64,000 bases of DNA from Mayamaea pseudoterrestris. Taxonomy: Eukaryota. The stretch is taken from assembly GCA_027923505.1 (NCBI GenBank), contig BROI01000020.1, forward strand, positions 310,001-374,000, read 5' to 3'. The notes under the pieces were generated by a model that ran no database searches, was not told where the DNA came from, and saw only the letters and a program-made list of their open reading frames with translations. This document shows positions 11,138 to 24,028 of the stretch, piece by piece; within the stretch, counting starts at the first letter, position 1; every line of letters begins with the position of its first letter. The translations under genes and the position numbers were made by a program.

Positions 11138-12157
11138 ATGAAGTTAATCGTCAGTCTTTTACTGCTTGCCCCGCTGGCCGGTGCCTTTGTCCAGAACGGA
11201 CAGCAACGTGCACTGCAAACGAGCCGACTCTTTGGATCACGAGCGCGAGACAAGTCAGTCTCACGCAGCAAATGGATCGAAAAGCGAGGAGGAAAAAGTG
11301 CCACGGCAGTAGTTGACGCTTCTGAAGCAACCAAGACTGGCGCTGGCTTGCACAAGAATGATGAAGGACTCGAATACGTCAAGCTCGTCGCTCCCAATGG
11401 CGCAAGCTCGGAAGTCTACCTCTTTGGAGGCGTCGTGACATCCTACAAGGATGCCGACGGCACTGACTTTATCGCCGTCCGACCCGACGCCAAAATGGAC
11501 GGCAGCAAGCCCATCAGCGGTGGACTGTCGCACTGCTGGCCGCAGTTTGGACCTGGCGCGATCCAGCAGCACGGATTCGCCCGCAACGTCAACTGGGAAG
11601 TCGTGAGCATGACGGACACGTCCGTCGCACTCGAAATGAAGCCAAGCGACTACACCAAGGCTATTTGGGACAAGGAGTTTGTCTGCACGTTCACGGTAGA
11701 CTTGGAAGACGATCAACTAAAGACCAAGATGCATGTTGAAAACAAGGGATCCGATTCCTTTGACTTTCAGGCGGCATTGCACTCGTACTTTACCGTGTCG
11801 TCGCTCGACAAGCTGGAGATTGCTGGAAGTTTTGCCGGAAAGGAATTTTTGAACAAAATGGTTGGTGAAGGAGAAATGCAGACGGAGGACCGCGAAGTAA
11901 TTACCATTTCCGAGGAGTATGACCGCGTCTACAAGGGCGTCAATGACCCCGTGCTCAAGGATTCTGGCACTGGCAAAACCCTTTCGGTTGTGAATAGCGC
12001 TGGATGGGAAGATACTGTCATCTGGAACCCATATGGAAATGAAGGCATGGGCTTCAACAATTTTGTCTGCGTCGAGTCTGTCAAGTTTGATCCAGTGACA
12101 CTCGCTGGGTCGTCCTCATGGACGGGAGACATGGCACTAAAACCTTCCAAGTTGTAA
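11138..12157 (+). CDS. Plastid D-hexose-6-phosphate mutarotase (aldose 1-epimerase family)
   Basis: Signal peptide AGA-FV; PISGG..HCWPQFG, QHGFARN, FQAALHSYF, DRVY, DTVIWNP, FVCVE. Confidence 0.92.
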   Translation: MKLIVSLLLLAPLAGAFVQNGQQRALQTSRLFGSRARDKSVSRSKWIEKRGGKSATAVVDASEATKTGAGLHKNDEGLEYVKLVAPNGASSEVYLFGGVVTSYKDADGTDFIAVRPDAKMDGSKPISGGLSHCWPQFGPGAIQQHGFARNVNWEVVSMTDTSVALEMKPSDYTKAIWDKEFVCTFTVDLEDDQLKTKMHVENKGSDSFDFQAALHSYFTVSSLDKLEIAGSFAGKEFLNKMVGEGEMQTEDREVITISEEYDRVYKGVNDPVLKDSGTGKTLSVVNSAGWEDTVIWNPYGNEGMGFNNFVCVESVKFDPVTLAGSSSWTGDMALKPSKL

Positions 12158-12800
12158 ACAGCAGTAGCATAGCAACTTGACGGTTTTTTATTCACGTAGC
12201 ATAGCCAAGTTGAGTCGTCTGTGCTCTAAGATATACCGAAACAGATTGGAACAGCTTGCAGCCCAGCATGCGCGAAAATAAATAGCTTCCTCTCGTATGC
12301 GTCAGATGTTCGGTTTATTTCCGAGCTATTAGCCAGTTTGTCCGAAATTACATTAGCGAGTTGTAGATGGAAGATGATGGAGTCTTCTAGGGGCTGCGAT
12401 AAAGCTCGCATAGCTTAAACTACCCCGACGAGCTAATGGCAAGATCCGCGCCAGCGCGCGGAGTCTCCATCCGGAAGGCAATACCGCAACATCACGTTGC
12501 GTAACGTGGCGCGAGAACCACTCGTTGCGTTGCACGCTCACACGATTGATCGGTTGGTGGCCTCTCGTTCAAAAATCGACGCAACGCACGCTGTGTCATC
12601 GCCACGCTCACGATCCTGCGGCGGACTGTCTAAGTAGGAAAGGTATCTTTCCGCAATCGTGGGAGTCCAGCGTGCCGAAAAACGGCGTGGTTGGGAATTC
12701 TTTGGCCATCCCGGAAGTATGTTTCACCTCCACCAGTGGATGGCACACTTCCGCGCATCGACCACGCAGTTACTCGAAACCAAACAAACAACATCTCACC

Positions 12801-13043
12801 ATGAAGACCTCCATCTCCACTACTCTCATGCTCTTGATTGCCGCCTTTGGCCTTGCCACTGCCCAAATGGAAATGAGCGACGCCCCATCGGATGTGCCAA
12901 GCATGATGCCCACCACGGCGGACGAAGCAGGCGGCGGTGACCAGGGACGCGGCATTGACGGCGAGGAATCGGCGGCCAGCCGACAATGTTTTGCCTTGGG
13001 GGCCGTCGCTGCCGCGGCGGGAGCCTACTTGATGCAAAGTTAA
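12801..13043 (+). CDS. Small secreted, possibly GPI-anchored protein with diatom-type PSxxPS motif
   Basis: Signal peptide MKTSISTTLMLLIAAFGLATA; SDAPSDVPSMMPT; hydrophobic C-terminus. Confidence 0.7.
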   Translation: MKTSISTTLMLLIAAFGLATAQMEMSDAPSDVPSMMPTTADEAGGGDQGRGIDGEESAASRQCFALGAVAAAAGAYLMQS

Positions 13044-13527
13044 ATTGCGAGCGATAGGGAATATTGTCTGTGGAATGTATACTGTACGAAGGATGGAAGG
13101 AGAGCATGTCCGATTGATTTGACCAGGCGAAGCTATATATTGCGTTTCGGCGGATGAGCATTAGTTACAAGGACTTAAAACACTAGAAGCACTTTGTTTT
13201 ATTACACTATCTTGCTGTATTTGTAGCAATATTACCAGGTAGAGGCATGGCTCATTCGTATGGATGAGCGCCATGCGTTGGAATGATCGTGCGTACGTAA
13301 CCATCCGATACTTAGGCAGCTTCCGCGTAAAGCTCCGAGAGACTTGCATATAAACCTGTCTAATGCGAGACTATCATCATGCCATGCAAGCTGCCGTAAA
13401 CAAGCTTGCCATCCAATGATTCGTCAACGAATCTCTTTTTCCACCCACCCGCCAGCCATCCATCCAATGCGTGCCGACGACGGACCTCGGAGCGAACCTC
13501 CAAAAGATGCATCTTCACTGCGACTCC

Positions 13528-15705
13528 CTACAATCCAAGCGTCTCCTTGGACAATCTAGGCGAAACGGTCTGGTTGTTGCATTCCAAGCTCAGGCGCGCC
13601 GCCGCCATGCCTACTTCGACCGCCCTACTCGAGGAATGCCCCTCGAGAATGGCGTACACAAACGCGCCGCACAGCGAGTCTCCGGCGCCCGAGGCATTAA
13701 CAATTTTCAAGTTTGCGTCTACTGCAGGAAAGTGAATATACTCGGGTGATGTTGCTGTTTCTGAATTGCCATTGCGGCGAGTGGCGAGCAAGACGCCGCG
13801 AGATCCCAAGGTAACGACAAGGTACGCTTTGTTTTGGTTCATGTTCGCCAGAACCGTTGCTGCCGCTTGCTCGAGCGTTTCCATGCTTGCTTCGTTCCAT
13901 GATGAAGCATTTATATCCAATTGTAGTTGCTCCAACGAAGTAGCAGCAGACGTATTGCAAGCCTGCGCCATGGCCACGAGCTCGGACGCATTGGGAAAGG
14001 CAGCCGTCAAATGTGACATGAATTCAACATTACAGGCAACATCGTAGGCCTTGTGCACACTGGTTGGTTCCCAAAACACCTCGACGCCAAGCTCGACCGC
14101 ACGCTGCGCAGCTTGCTGTAAGATGTGAATGGGTGGATTGGCGTCCATGACTAACATTTTGGCTTGCTTCAAAACGTCATTGGATGGCACCTGAATTTGC
14201 TCCAACGCCGCCATGTCGGCGTAACCAACGTGCAAGTCACCAGTGCCGTCAAAGGAGGCAACGTAGGTTGCCGTCGCTTGGTGTTTGCAGACATGCATGG
14301 ATGTTTCGTTCACTTGCACCTTCATGCTTTCAAGTCGCTGCAGCATTCCCTGGCCGCGCGAGTCATTGCCAATGGACGAGTAGAAAATGGGAGCTTCATT
14401 TAATCGACCAAGCACTTCGGCAATGTTGCGACCGACGCCGCCGTCCACTTCAATGACACTTGCTGGATTGGATGTATGCAAGAGTAACTCATTGTTTGGT
14501 AACGGTTTGCAGAGTAAATCAAAGACACATCCGCCCATGACAATCACGCGAGATGGTTGTAGCGTATCAGTATCTTTTGAAATCTCACTAGAGCTGTAGA
14601 TTGTTTTGCGTTTCCGCAACGCACCTTGCTCGCAGACGGCAATAGCAATTTGCGCACTGACGCGCGCATTCTCCTGCACGAGCGCCACGTTGCTCCGCAA
14701 GCTTTCGCCGCCCGTGGCCTCCGCAACCCTCTTTAGTATGAAGGGCGTGACGGCCTGTCCCGTGACATTTTCATCATGCGCTTCCCGCAGCGCCGCTTGA
14801 ATGGCAAGTTCCACACTCGCTCCGGCTGGATCATGATTGGGAACGGCCAGCATTATGCCATGACTTAACTGCAAGTCACGCGCCGCCCAGTACATGTGCG
14901 CCACTTGCTCCGGAGTGTCAACGCGCGCCGGTGCCTTCACGTGAGAGTGCGGCGAAAAGAACGCTGGAAACTCGTCGGTGCGATATGCCAAGGTCAAGAC
15001 GCCGTACGTTTCCAGCACTTGCAGCGTGCGACTGATATCCAGTATGCTTTTAATGCCAGCCGAAACGACAATCAACGGCGTGCGACTCAGCTCGACCAAG
15101 TCGGCGGAAACGTCCATACTCGATTCAGCGTTGCGGTGGACGCCGCCAATCCCGCCCGTGCAAAAGGTGCGAATGCCAGCCAAATGAGCGAGATGCATGG
15201 TGGAGGCGACCGTCGTGGCGCCCCAAGAAATTGGTGCATTCTCTTGCGGTTGCTGCAGTAGTCTTGCATTGGCCATGACTATCGGTAGATCCCTCGTCGA
15301 GCACTTTAGAGCGCGTCCCTCTTTACTCGCCAAACACAAGTCGTGAATGTCATCTTGCTCCAGTCCGACGCAGCAGACGCCGTTTCGAACGGCAATGGTG
15401 GCAGGCTGCACGTGATGCTGTTTGAAAATGTCGGACAGTTTCTGTGATAGCTGGTAGTTTTCCGGATACGGCATGCCGTGCGCCAAAATGGTCGACTCCA
15501 ATGCCACGACGGGACGATGCTGCGCCAAGGCTTTTTGGACGACTGGATGAATCTGTAGAGTGGTGGTGCCATGATGAAGGTTTCGTCTAGCTGATGGCAC
15601 TGTAAAGGAGGAGGTGTGACGAAGAATGGAAGATAATGATCGCCCCTCCACATGGCTTGCGGCACGCTTGAAGGATTGCCGCAGCATGCAACGAGCAAGT
15701 CCCAT
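13528..15705 (-). CDS. Bifunctional pseudouridine-5'-phosphate glycosidase / PfkB pseudouridine kinase
   Basis: VVALESTILAHGMPYP, GATTVAST, TGGIGGVHR, DVSADL, KSILD (PsuG/IndA); GGVGRNIAE, PNASEL, GAGDSL (PfkB). Confidence 0.93.
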   Translation of the reverse strand: MGLARCMLRQSFKRAASHVEGRSLSSILRHTSSFTVPSARRNLHHGTTTLQIHPVVQKALAQHRPVVALESTILAHGMPYPENYQLSQKLSDIFKQHHVQPATIAVRNGVCCVGLEQDDIHDLCLASKEGRALKCSTRDLPIVMANARLLQQPQENAPISWGATTVASTMHLAHLAGIRTFCTGGIGGVHRNAESSMDVSADLVELSRTPLIVVSAGIKSILDISRTLQVLETYGVLTLAYRTDEFPAFFSPHSHVKAPARVDTPEQVAHMYWAARDLQLSHGIMLAVPNHDPAGASVELAIQAALREAHDENVTGQAVTPFILKRVAEATGGESLRSNVALVQENARVSAQIAIAVCEQGALRKRKTIYSSSEISKDTDTLQPSRVIVMGGCVFDLLCKPLPNNELLLHTSNPASVIEVDGGVGRNIAEVLGRLNEAPIFYSSIGNDSRGQGMLQRLESMKVQVNETSMHVCKHQATATYVASFDGTGDLHVGYADMAALEQIQVPSNDVLKQAKMLVMDANPPIHILQQAAQRAVELGVEVFWEPTSVHKAYDVACNVEFMSHLTAAFPNASELVAMAQACNTSAATSLEQLQLDINASSWNEASMETLEQAAATVLANMNQNKAYLVVTLGSRGVLLATRRNGNSETATSPEYIHFPAVDANLKIVNASGAGDSLCGAFVYAILEGHSSSRAVEVGMAAARLSLECNNQTVSPRLSKETLGL

Positions 15706-15955
15706 GTTGGAGTGAAACGCCGATCACGACTTGCGAGGCCGCATGAATGAGCTGATGGGTGAATGCCATCCAGACTTCGCGCGCGGAGCGCGCACGAAAG
15801 AAGAAACGGAGGCGCGACGGACGAGTACCGATGCGATGACATGCCGTCGAGAACTTCGAAACACACTTTGCAAAACAACTTGACAAAAGCATGATGTGAC
15901 CATGGCCCATGATGGAGCTGCAGTCTCATAATATATTCAGCAACAAGCTGATAGT

Positions 15956-16975
15956 ATGCTGTATAGGAATCTACTATCACGAGTGACTCCAAGACTCATC
16001 ATGACACGAGCTACTTCCAGCAGCAGTCCAGTTCCAACCGTTTACATGCACTCGACCTTTCGCGATGAACATGGTCGCCACATGCTGCCCCGCGGCCTCG
16101 ACTGGGACATGGACGGAACCTCACATGTAGCCTACGCTGTTGCGAATCAATTGACTACAATGCAAGATACCGTTGAGTGTCGACGCGCCCTTGTGGCGGC
16201 GCACAATCGCTGGTGCTTCGCCAAGGACTTGCCGTTCAAGACTATAAATGATATGCAGAGCATGAGAGTCAAGAATAGACATGTTCTTGTCGATTGGAGT
16301 GCGAAACGACGCGTCTTGGAAACAATCAGGTACCAAAACATTGCAGAGCTCCTGGCGAGTGAAGCAGCTGCCGAGAATGAGCCGAATATACCAATACAGC
16401 AAGTATGGATCAACGGAGTCTTCATTGCAAACCTATCTCCGCAAACACTAGACTCCATCATTGTAAAAATTTCCAAGCTGGAGAGCCCCAAATTATGCTA
16501 CAAGCGATCCGAAGGCATGATTCGCATCGAACGCTTCTTCGAGGGCGGCATTCGCAATCACCAAGTGTGGGAGCACATGCTAGACAATTTAATCGCATTG
16601 GAGGACGTACAACTCATTGACGAACATACCCTCATTGGAACGGTGACGCTACCGGATTGGATCATTGGTGGCATGCTGACGAGTCGACTGTATGTGCAGG
16701 AGCAACGTAACGGAGACTTTATGTTTCTGCGCCCACTCATGAACGATGATGCGGCAACGTCGGATCGAACCTATCGTTTACGCGTTGGCGAGCATGACGA
16801 CAAGATTGATATAGTGCGCATGGAGCTTGCTCGATTGCGGTATTTGGCTGGACTCGAGCATCCGTTCGACGAGGCTGCAGTGCGAGTTACGGCGTCCTCG
16901 ATCAAACTCTCGCCAGAGGAGTTGAAACGCAGGGAGCAGCATCGACGCAATCTAAAGAAGAGATTCACATTTTGA
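15956..16975 (+). CDS. Hypothetical protein, possible mitochondrial presequence
   Basis: 339-aa uninterrupted ORF with Arg/Ser-rich N-terminus; no motif recognised. Confidence 0.65.
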   Translation: MLYRNLLSRVTPRLIMTRATSSSSPVPTVYMHSTFRDEHGRHMLPRGLDWDMDGTSHVAYAVANQLTTMQDTVECRRALVAAHNRWCFAKDLPFKTINDMQSMRVKNRHVLVDWSAKRRVLETIRYQNIAELLASEAAAENEPNIPIQQVWINGVFIANLSPQTLDSIIVKISKLESPKLCYKRSEGMIRIERFFEGGIRNHQVWEHMLDNLIALEDVQLIDEHTLIGTVTLPDWIIGGMLTSRLYVQEQRNGDFMFLRPLMNDDAATSDRTYRLRVGEHDDKIDIVRMELARLRYLAGLEHPFDEAAVRVTASSIKLSPEELKRREQHRRNLKKRFTF

Positions 16976-17388
16976 GTATAGATGCTACGTTATAGTTTTG
17001 CATATTCATGGATGTTCAGGCATCGTCGCGGTTCAGTGTCCGATCGTTTGACTGGCTTACTTTTTTAAACATTCGCCTTAAAGAATCTTGATCGACGATA
17101 CTGTTTAAGCATTAACCTCTTTCTTTGACTTGCCCGCAGTGCAGCGTTTACAAGGCGCAGTGTTGGAAGGCTACATACATACGGTAGCTAATTGAAAAGC
17201 TAAGCCGCCGTGACGTCATCCACAAGCCACTAACCCGGGCCATAATGGAGCTTCCGATTCGCGTTGCGCCAGAGCATGCACGAAAACACGAAACAGCTGC
17301 TTCGCCTCGTCGATGACCATGGCATTCCATGCAGGGACAAGGAACGACTATCATTGATATCGAGGAGAACGATCGTTGGTGAACTCTC

Positions 17389-19670
17389 ATGGGTAACGAC
17401 AATTCAAAGAGATCTGTAGATGGTGGTAAAGGAAATTGTCGTGCCGGTACGTGAACTGGTGGTGACGATTGGCCGGGCTTGCTGCCTTCGCCCGCCGAAG
17501 AAGGACGATTATGCTGCTGCGAGCAATGGACGACTCAACCTGTTTGCTACTGAATTTGACTCAACCTCTTGTTCGGCTGAGATAATTACAGAACAAAGCA
17601 GACAAGAACAACCAGCAGAAGCAGGAATTTCTACGCACGCAATTTCATCGGAGGACAGCAACGAACGAACGAAAAAGCAGCAGCATACACCAATGAACAA
17701 GAACGACTCGGCCCACACCTTTGGCACCTCGAGCCATGCGTCGCGGCGCAAGTCCAGTCCAGTCATGGTAACCAATGCGCTTGGAGATGTCCGCGTCAAG
17801 TATCATATAGACCCCAAGGAGATTGGACATGGACATTATGGCGTGGTGCGAAAGTGCATGCATCGGGACGGCAGCCAATGGTTTGCCATCAAGTCGATTC
17901 GCAAGAGTAAGGTCAGCAAGATTGAGGTGTTGAAGCGAGAAATTGCAATTCTGAAGGAGGTGAAGCATCCAAATATTATTGAATTAATTGATGTCTACGA
18001 GGATGAGCGGTATTTGCACTTGATAACCGAACTGTGCACGGGAGGCGAGCTTTTTGATCGCATCATTGCCAAGACGCAGTCGCCGGAGGGACACTTTTCT
18101 GAACATGACGCTGCCAAACTGGTTCGGGATATACTGGATGCTATTCGGTATTGTCATGAGAAAGGTAAGCGGATGGCTGCAAAGAAGGAGACGATTGGTT
18201 TGCTGTCGCCCGTTTGACTTGCAGCGCATTGCTCATTTCTTCGACTTTGTCCTTGTCACCCAATAGGTATTGTGCATCGTGATTTAAAGGTATGTTAAAG
18301 CCTAAAAGAAGTTGGAGAAACTCTGTCGATCATTTTCCGCTTAATTGCTCATCTCGCGTGAATATTGCCGTTTACAGCCAGAGAATTTCTTGTTCCTGAC
18401 CGAAGCCGAGGATGCGCCGGTAAAGATTATTGACTTCGGACTTTCGCGGCACGACGACTGCGACCTTGGTATTATGCAAACAAAAGGTATGATTAATGTC
18501 GCTTGGGAGCGTGCTAAAGTATCCCGATGCGTGCTGACAATGAACCTTCATCTTTTTCCGGTCATCTCTTACATCAGTCGGTACACCCTATTACGTGGTA
18601 CGTGCACTTATGCTGAACTGCAATGGCCGCCCTATTTATACTAGTCGCTGACTTTAACCGTTCTCCGTCTTCTACCGCAGGCTCCTGAAGTTCTTCGTCG
18701 CGAGTATACGAACAGCTGTGACATTTGGAGCATTGGCGTTATTACATACATTCTTCTTTGCGGATACCCTCCATTTTATGGCGACTCGGACGCTCAGATT
18801 TTTGAGTCTGTCCGCATTGGCAGGTTTGATTTTCCGAGTCCAGAATGGGACGAAATTTCAGAGTCGGCCAAGGCGTTTGTTGTCGAAATGTTGCAAAAGG
18901 ATCCGAACAAGAGGTATGTTCGCCCACATTATGTCTGTTGCATGTCGCTGTGACGACTTTTAATTTACATTCGGACATTGTTTGCATAACTTTGTTACAG
19001 GCCTACCGCAGCGGAAGCGCTGCAACATCAGTGGCTGATGGAGCAGCTTGGTGCTTCCGAAATGCAAATGAGCAGCCGACAGAGTCTCTTGCACTTGAAC
19101 AAGAAGACTGGAGAGTTTACCAACTACCTCGCGTTAAAGAAGTTACGCAAGGCTGCTCTAGGCCACATTGCTGCGAACTTGACAGGAAAAGACTTTGGCA
19201 AGTTGGAGGAGATTTTTCTTACAATGGACAAGAACGGAGACGGATACATTACGATGAGGGATCTTGACGATGCTATCGGACAAAGTCAGCTTAACAAGGA
19301 GTACATCGGTGAACTTCAGGGGGTTCGGCGGGATCTCGCAATCTCAAGTGAAGAGAGGCTAAACTGGAGAGACTTTTTGGCAATGACGATGGATCGAAAC
19401 CTTGTCGTACGCGAAGACAATTTGAAGCTCGCTTTCGAGCATTTCAAAAATACTGATGCAGAATACCTAAGTCTGGATGATTTAGCTCAGATAGTTGGAG
19501 GCAAAGGCCAGGCACAGGAGATTATGGACTTGCTGGACTCTGATGGCGATGGCAAAGTGTCGTTTGCAGACTTTCGCGACGCACTTGTTGAAAGTTTACA
19601 TGACGAGGTTGCTGGTGATGACGACGACATGGCAATGAAAGATGACCTCGACGGTCTGTACATTCACTAA
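17389..19670 (+). CDS. Calcium-dependent protein kinase; predicted exons 17389-17446, 17592-18164, 18267-18289, 18378-18486, 18578-18597, 18681-18913, 19001-19670
   Basis: GHGHYG, AIK, HRDLKPEN, DFG, GTPYYVAPE, DIWSIG assembled across GT-AG introns in consistent phase; EF hands DKNGDGYIT and DSDGDGKVS; first exon (MGNDNSK) is inferred. Confidence 0.9.
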
Positions 19671-19809
19671 ATAACATATTAGTTTATGCATAAACTTTCT
19701 GATCTTTGAATTATTTCATATGTATATCGCAAGCTTTAAAATATCGGCCGCGCTGATTGCAACCTACAAACAAGTTGCCCTTCCATCAATAATTCATCAT
19801 TCCTTCCAT

Positions 19810-20367
<558 letters not shown>

Positions 20368-21181
20368 TCAACTAAAAAGATGCACAGGATGGTAAGTATG
20401 AGCTTGTTAAGCGGCAGCAAGTCCAACTTGCAGCTCGCGGCGAACGAACAATGACAGATGCCACGATTGATTGAGAATGGGGAATCCGGAATTCTTCCGA
20501 ACGCAGGTCAAGCGGAAATACAACGCGCGGCACGACAGAACATTTCCTGCTCATGGGACCTTGCCATCTGCTTGAACTCTTCAACCCTTGTAATTTGATC
20601 CGATACAACAGTCGTAAACTAACAAAGATCATGCTTTTAAGCAGCCACTCACCTAACGAGAAGAAAGTGTCTCACGTTCGTTCGACTCCTTGGATTTTGG
20701 ATGTGTCCGTCAATTTCATTCCACGGAAACTGCGTCACGATAGGACATCGGCTCGGTACTGAAGAGAATTGCCCCGCGAACGCCAGCGAATGCATTGAAG
20801 TGCCGATCTTTCGTAGTGCGCGCGCGTCTCATGAGCAGATGAGCAGGATGCGGGACCATGAAGAGACCGCTACTTGCATTGGCGATCATGGACATTGTCA
20901 ACGGCAAAACTTTACACTCTGTGAAGAAGAAACGGAGAAACGACTTAGAAAGGCCGCCAATGATACGTTCTTCCAAGTTCTTTGAGTGTCAAATGGAGAT
21001 CAAGGGCCTTGCTTGATTGGCTCTTGGCGGGCTTCACGATTTGATTGACTCGATCATGTCAATTCTACACTCCAATGCAGTTTTTGGCTGACAATGCGCG
21101 CTCGTGCCAACACTTCAACAATTCGATTCACATCCACGCAATACTGCAACAATTATCCTGACGACGGAATTATCATCACCA

Positions 21182-21814
21182 ATGATCTTTGAACTGCCAT
21201 TCATGCCTGAACTTGGTAACATTGACAGCAAATCGAGCATGTTTGATACACGGCCATACTCGACCAATGCGCAAAGCCGGCAGGCCAATTGCGTGCTCCT
21301 ATTGCCGGCAAGGAGCTCACTGGAAGTAGCCGATAATGCTGCCAGTAGATCGACGAGTATTCCTCTTCCGACATCGCATGTCCAACGCACTCAGTCAGAA
21401 CTTCAACTTGACCAGGATGAAGAGGTTGCCGACCAACGCGACGCAACCATGTTTTATCGCTTGGTAAATGGCATTCGAGAGCGTCATTATGGTACCCACG
21501 ATGAGCAGCTAGATCATTCGGAGCGCAGTCTGCGAAGCATTATGCAAGCTCGACTGTCTAGCGAACAGGAGCAGGCTCGTTCCATGGGAGGGTCTCATCA
21601 TTTCCAATTCCACCAGCAGCAACGGATGGGAATGGGAGTCGCCGTCAATCACATTTCTCCCATTGCTGAATCCATGCCCCGGAACGCAGATGAATGGTCC
21701 ATTACAGGATTTAATGACCCGCCGCTTGCGCCAATGAACTTCCACATTTCGCAACAACCTGCTGTTGACGATCTGCTAGAGACGGATAGCGATATATTCG
21801 ATCTCGATCCATAA
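21182..21814 (+). CDS. Hypothetical protein, largely low-complexity
   Basis: Long ORF; HVQRTQSELQL..RDATMFYRLVNGI core and acidic DIFDLD C-terminus. Confidence 0.65.
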   Translation: MIFELPFMPELGNIDSKSSMFDTRPYSTNAQSRQANCVLLLPARSSLEVADNAASRSTSIPLPTSHVQRTQSELQLDQDEEVADQRDATMFYRLVNGIRERHYGTHDEQLDHSERSLRSIMQARLSSEQEQARSMGGSHHFQFHQQQRMGMGVAVNHISPIAESMPRNADEWSITGFNDPPLAPMNFHISQQPAVDDLLETDSDIFDLDP

Positions 21815-22238
21815 CAAACGAGCTCGCGCCGCTATTGCCGCTTGTCTCTGCTAAAGCACTCTTGCTATTCTCACTATCTCGCGCACGAGGAATTTTTGCT
21901 CCGATTTTACGCCGCTATAAATACAACACCAATATAGAAGATTCGTAAAGCTATGCTACATTACACAATTCACAGTAGTTTTAGTCAAAAAGCATCGTTC
22001 TGGACAAACAGTTTCGAGGCCATGAGGAACACCAGGCGGGATGGTGAAGGGCTGCTGTTTGCAAAGCAGTTGCAACTTGCGTGGTACCCGCGCTTTGCAT
22101 GCTCCAATCCCGCCCTAGTAAACCAAACTGCCCGACCAGTCAGAGAATGCGTTCCTGTGACACGCAACACATGGTTGAACTATTGAACATCGGATGATCT
22201 ATCTTTACAAGCCAGGTCTCGGATGGAAGAAGGTGTCA

Positions 22239-22296
22239 GTCTTTTTTGTTTCGGTATCATTAACAAAGTCTTTTTTGTTTGGGTATCATTAACAAA
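22239..22296. repeat. 29-bp direct tandem duplication (2 copies, 1 mismatch)
   Basis: gtcttttttgtttcggtatcattaacaaa followed by gtcttttttgtttgggtatcattaacaaa. Confidence 0.85.
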
Positions 22297-22440
22297 ATGA
22301 TAGAGCCGCGAAGAGTGGCTTTTGCAGGCTATCCATTTGGCACTTATTAGGTAGCTCGGGATGGCCACTGTCCCAGTCGCTCCGGTAATAAATGGCAGTC
22401 ACTTTTCCTCCGCACGTCGCGACAAACTCCACTTGTCACC

Positions 22441-23783
22441 ATGGCGGAACCCGCTCCTACGTCTGCAATACCTGCGGCCAATGGAGAATCAAAGAGTTCG
22501 ATTCAATTGAAACGTTTACAGGAAGCGAATGCAAAATATAAAAAGCTGCTTCAGCTCGCAAAGGAGCGTATTCAGCAGCAAGAGGAAGAGCTTCAATCCG
22601 TTCGAGATGACAACGAACGACTAAAAGGTGAAGCAAATGAAGGAGCAAACGAGGAAGTAAGGATTACTGATGAGCCGACGACTGGAACAGAGGAAGTGAC
22701 AAGCATAGTGCAAGTATGTCAGCGAGTAAAGCAAGCTGGCCCTCAAACTGGGATGGAAGAAATTTGGGCGCTCCTGGAATTTGAAGCAGTGCCAATGAAT
22801 GACATTGGTGAATTGGCAAACACACGGCAATACAGGGAATGGAAAAGATTTGATACAGAAACTCAGCTCCAGGTAAGTGAGAGACCATTCACTTGATGCC
22901 CTCGTGTTATTTATGTCCCCCTCCCGCGACATCCGTTAACGAGGATCGTCGACTGACTATTTTCCACCAGGATTTCATTCGGCGAGACACTGGAGAACCG
23001 CTTGCTTTACCTCCATATTCCATGTCCCCAGAGCAGTCGATAAAAATACAACGCGAAGCTGCGACCCAGGTTTCGCAAGTAACGGAAGAATTTCGTCGCT
23101 TTCGAGTACGATCAGAGCTGGCTAGGAAGCAAGTTGAATCGCAAATTCGCGAATTGCAGAATCTCAAAGTAGCTAGCGCAGCACATCGAATTGAAGGACA
23201 TGACCTGCAGCACGATTCTGAGCAAGCTCGCACTTTAAATGCAGAGCTGGATCGAGTCAAGTCAGAGTTGGCGTCGCAAGATGCGCATTGGAAGGAGGCA
23301 TACAACATTCTTTTGCAAGAGAATCAGGCACTCAAATCTTCAGGTTCTGAAGCGTTGCTAGCATCGCAGTGGCGTCATCGATATGAAGCATGTTTAAAGG
23401 ACAAAGCAGAGCTTGAAAGCCGACTGCAAGGAGTATATGGTAAAAACGATAATGAAGACGACAAGTGGGAAGCCAAGTATCGGGATTTGAAGGAGTCCTT
23501 TCGGATATATCGGAAAAAGGCGAAGGAGATTTTCGAGACGCAGAGCCAAGGCGGTGTCATTTCGGCGCCTGGTATGGCCTCCTTCGCGCTCAACGATCAG
23601 TCGTCAGCGGAAGCAAAACTATCATATCTGAAGAACCTAATGGTCAACTTCCTCGCAGCATCCGACGATGTGAAGGAGCATATGGAAACGGCAATAGCAA
23701 CTGTATTGAAATTTACTCCTGACGACTTGGAAAAGATACAAAAGCAAAAGGCTGGCAGTGACGCTTGGTTTTCGATTTACTGA
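22441..23783 (+). CDS. Coiled-coil GRIP-domain protein (golgin-like); intron 22873-22970
   Basis: Heptad-rich body; C-terminal LSYLKNLMVNFL...AIATVLKFTPDD..W GRIP motif; GTAAGT..CACCAG intron in phase 0. Confidence 0.85.
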
Positions 23784-24028
23784 TAATTCCGTTCGCTAAA
23801 TTACGTAGGAGTAATTACTGATGTCTATGTATGTAGCGTAAAGCAAAGTACGAGTTCATCATATAGCCGGCAGATAAGTCAAATCAACGATTTGGCCCGC
23901 ATTTGAAGAGCTCAGCGAGAAAACAAAGATGAAGGTGCTGGCAAGAACACGAATCCATAGGTGGTTTCTATCGAGTTCAGCCCTGAAATCGGCATCGTCG
24001 TTAAAGTCGTTACGTCTGACTTGCTCCA

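Noticed and set aside
13528..15705. PsuG-PfkB fusion as a novelty
   Set aside because: This bifunctional fusion is already known in many eukaryotes
20500..21050. Short ORFs upstream of H3 (possible H4 partner)
   Set aside because: No histone H4 sequence and no recognisable protein in any frame
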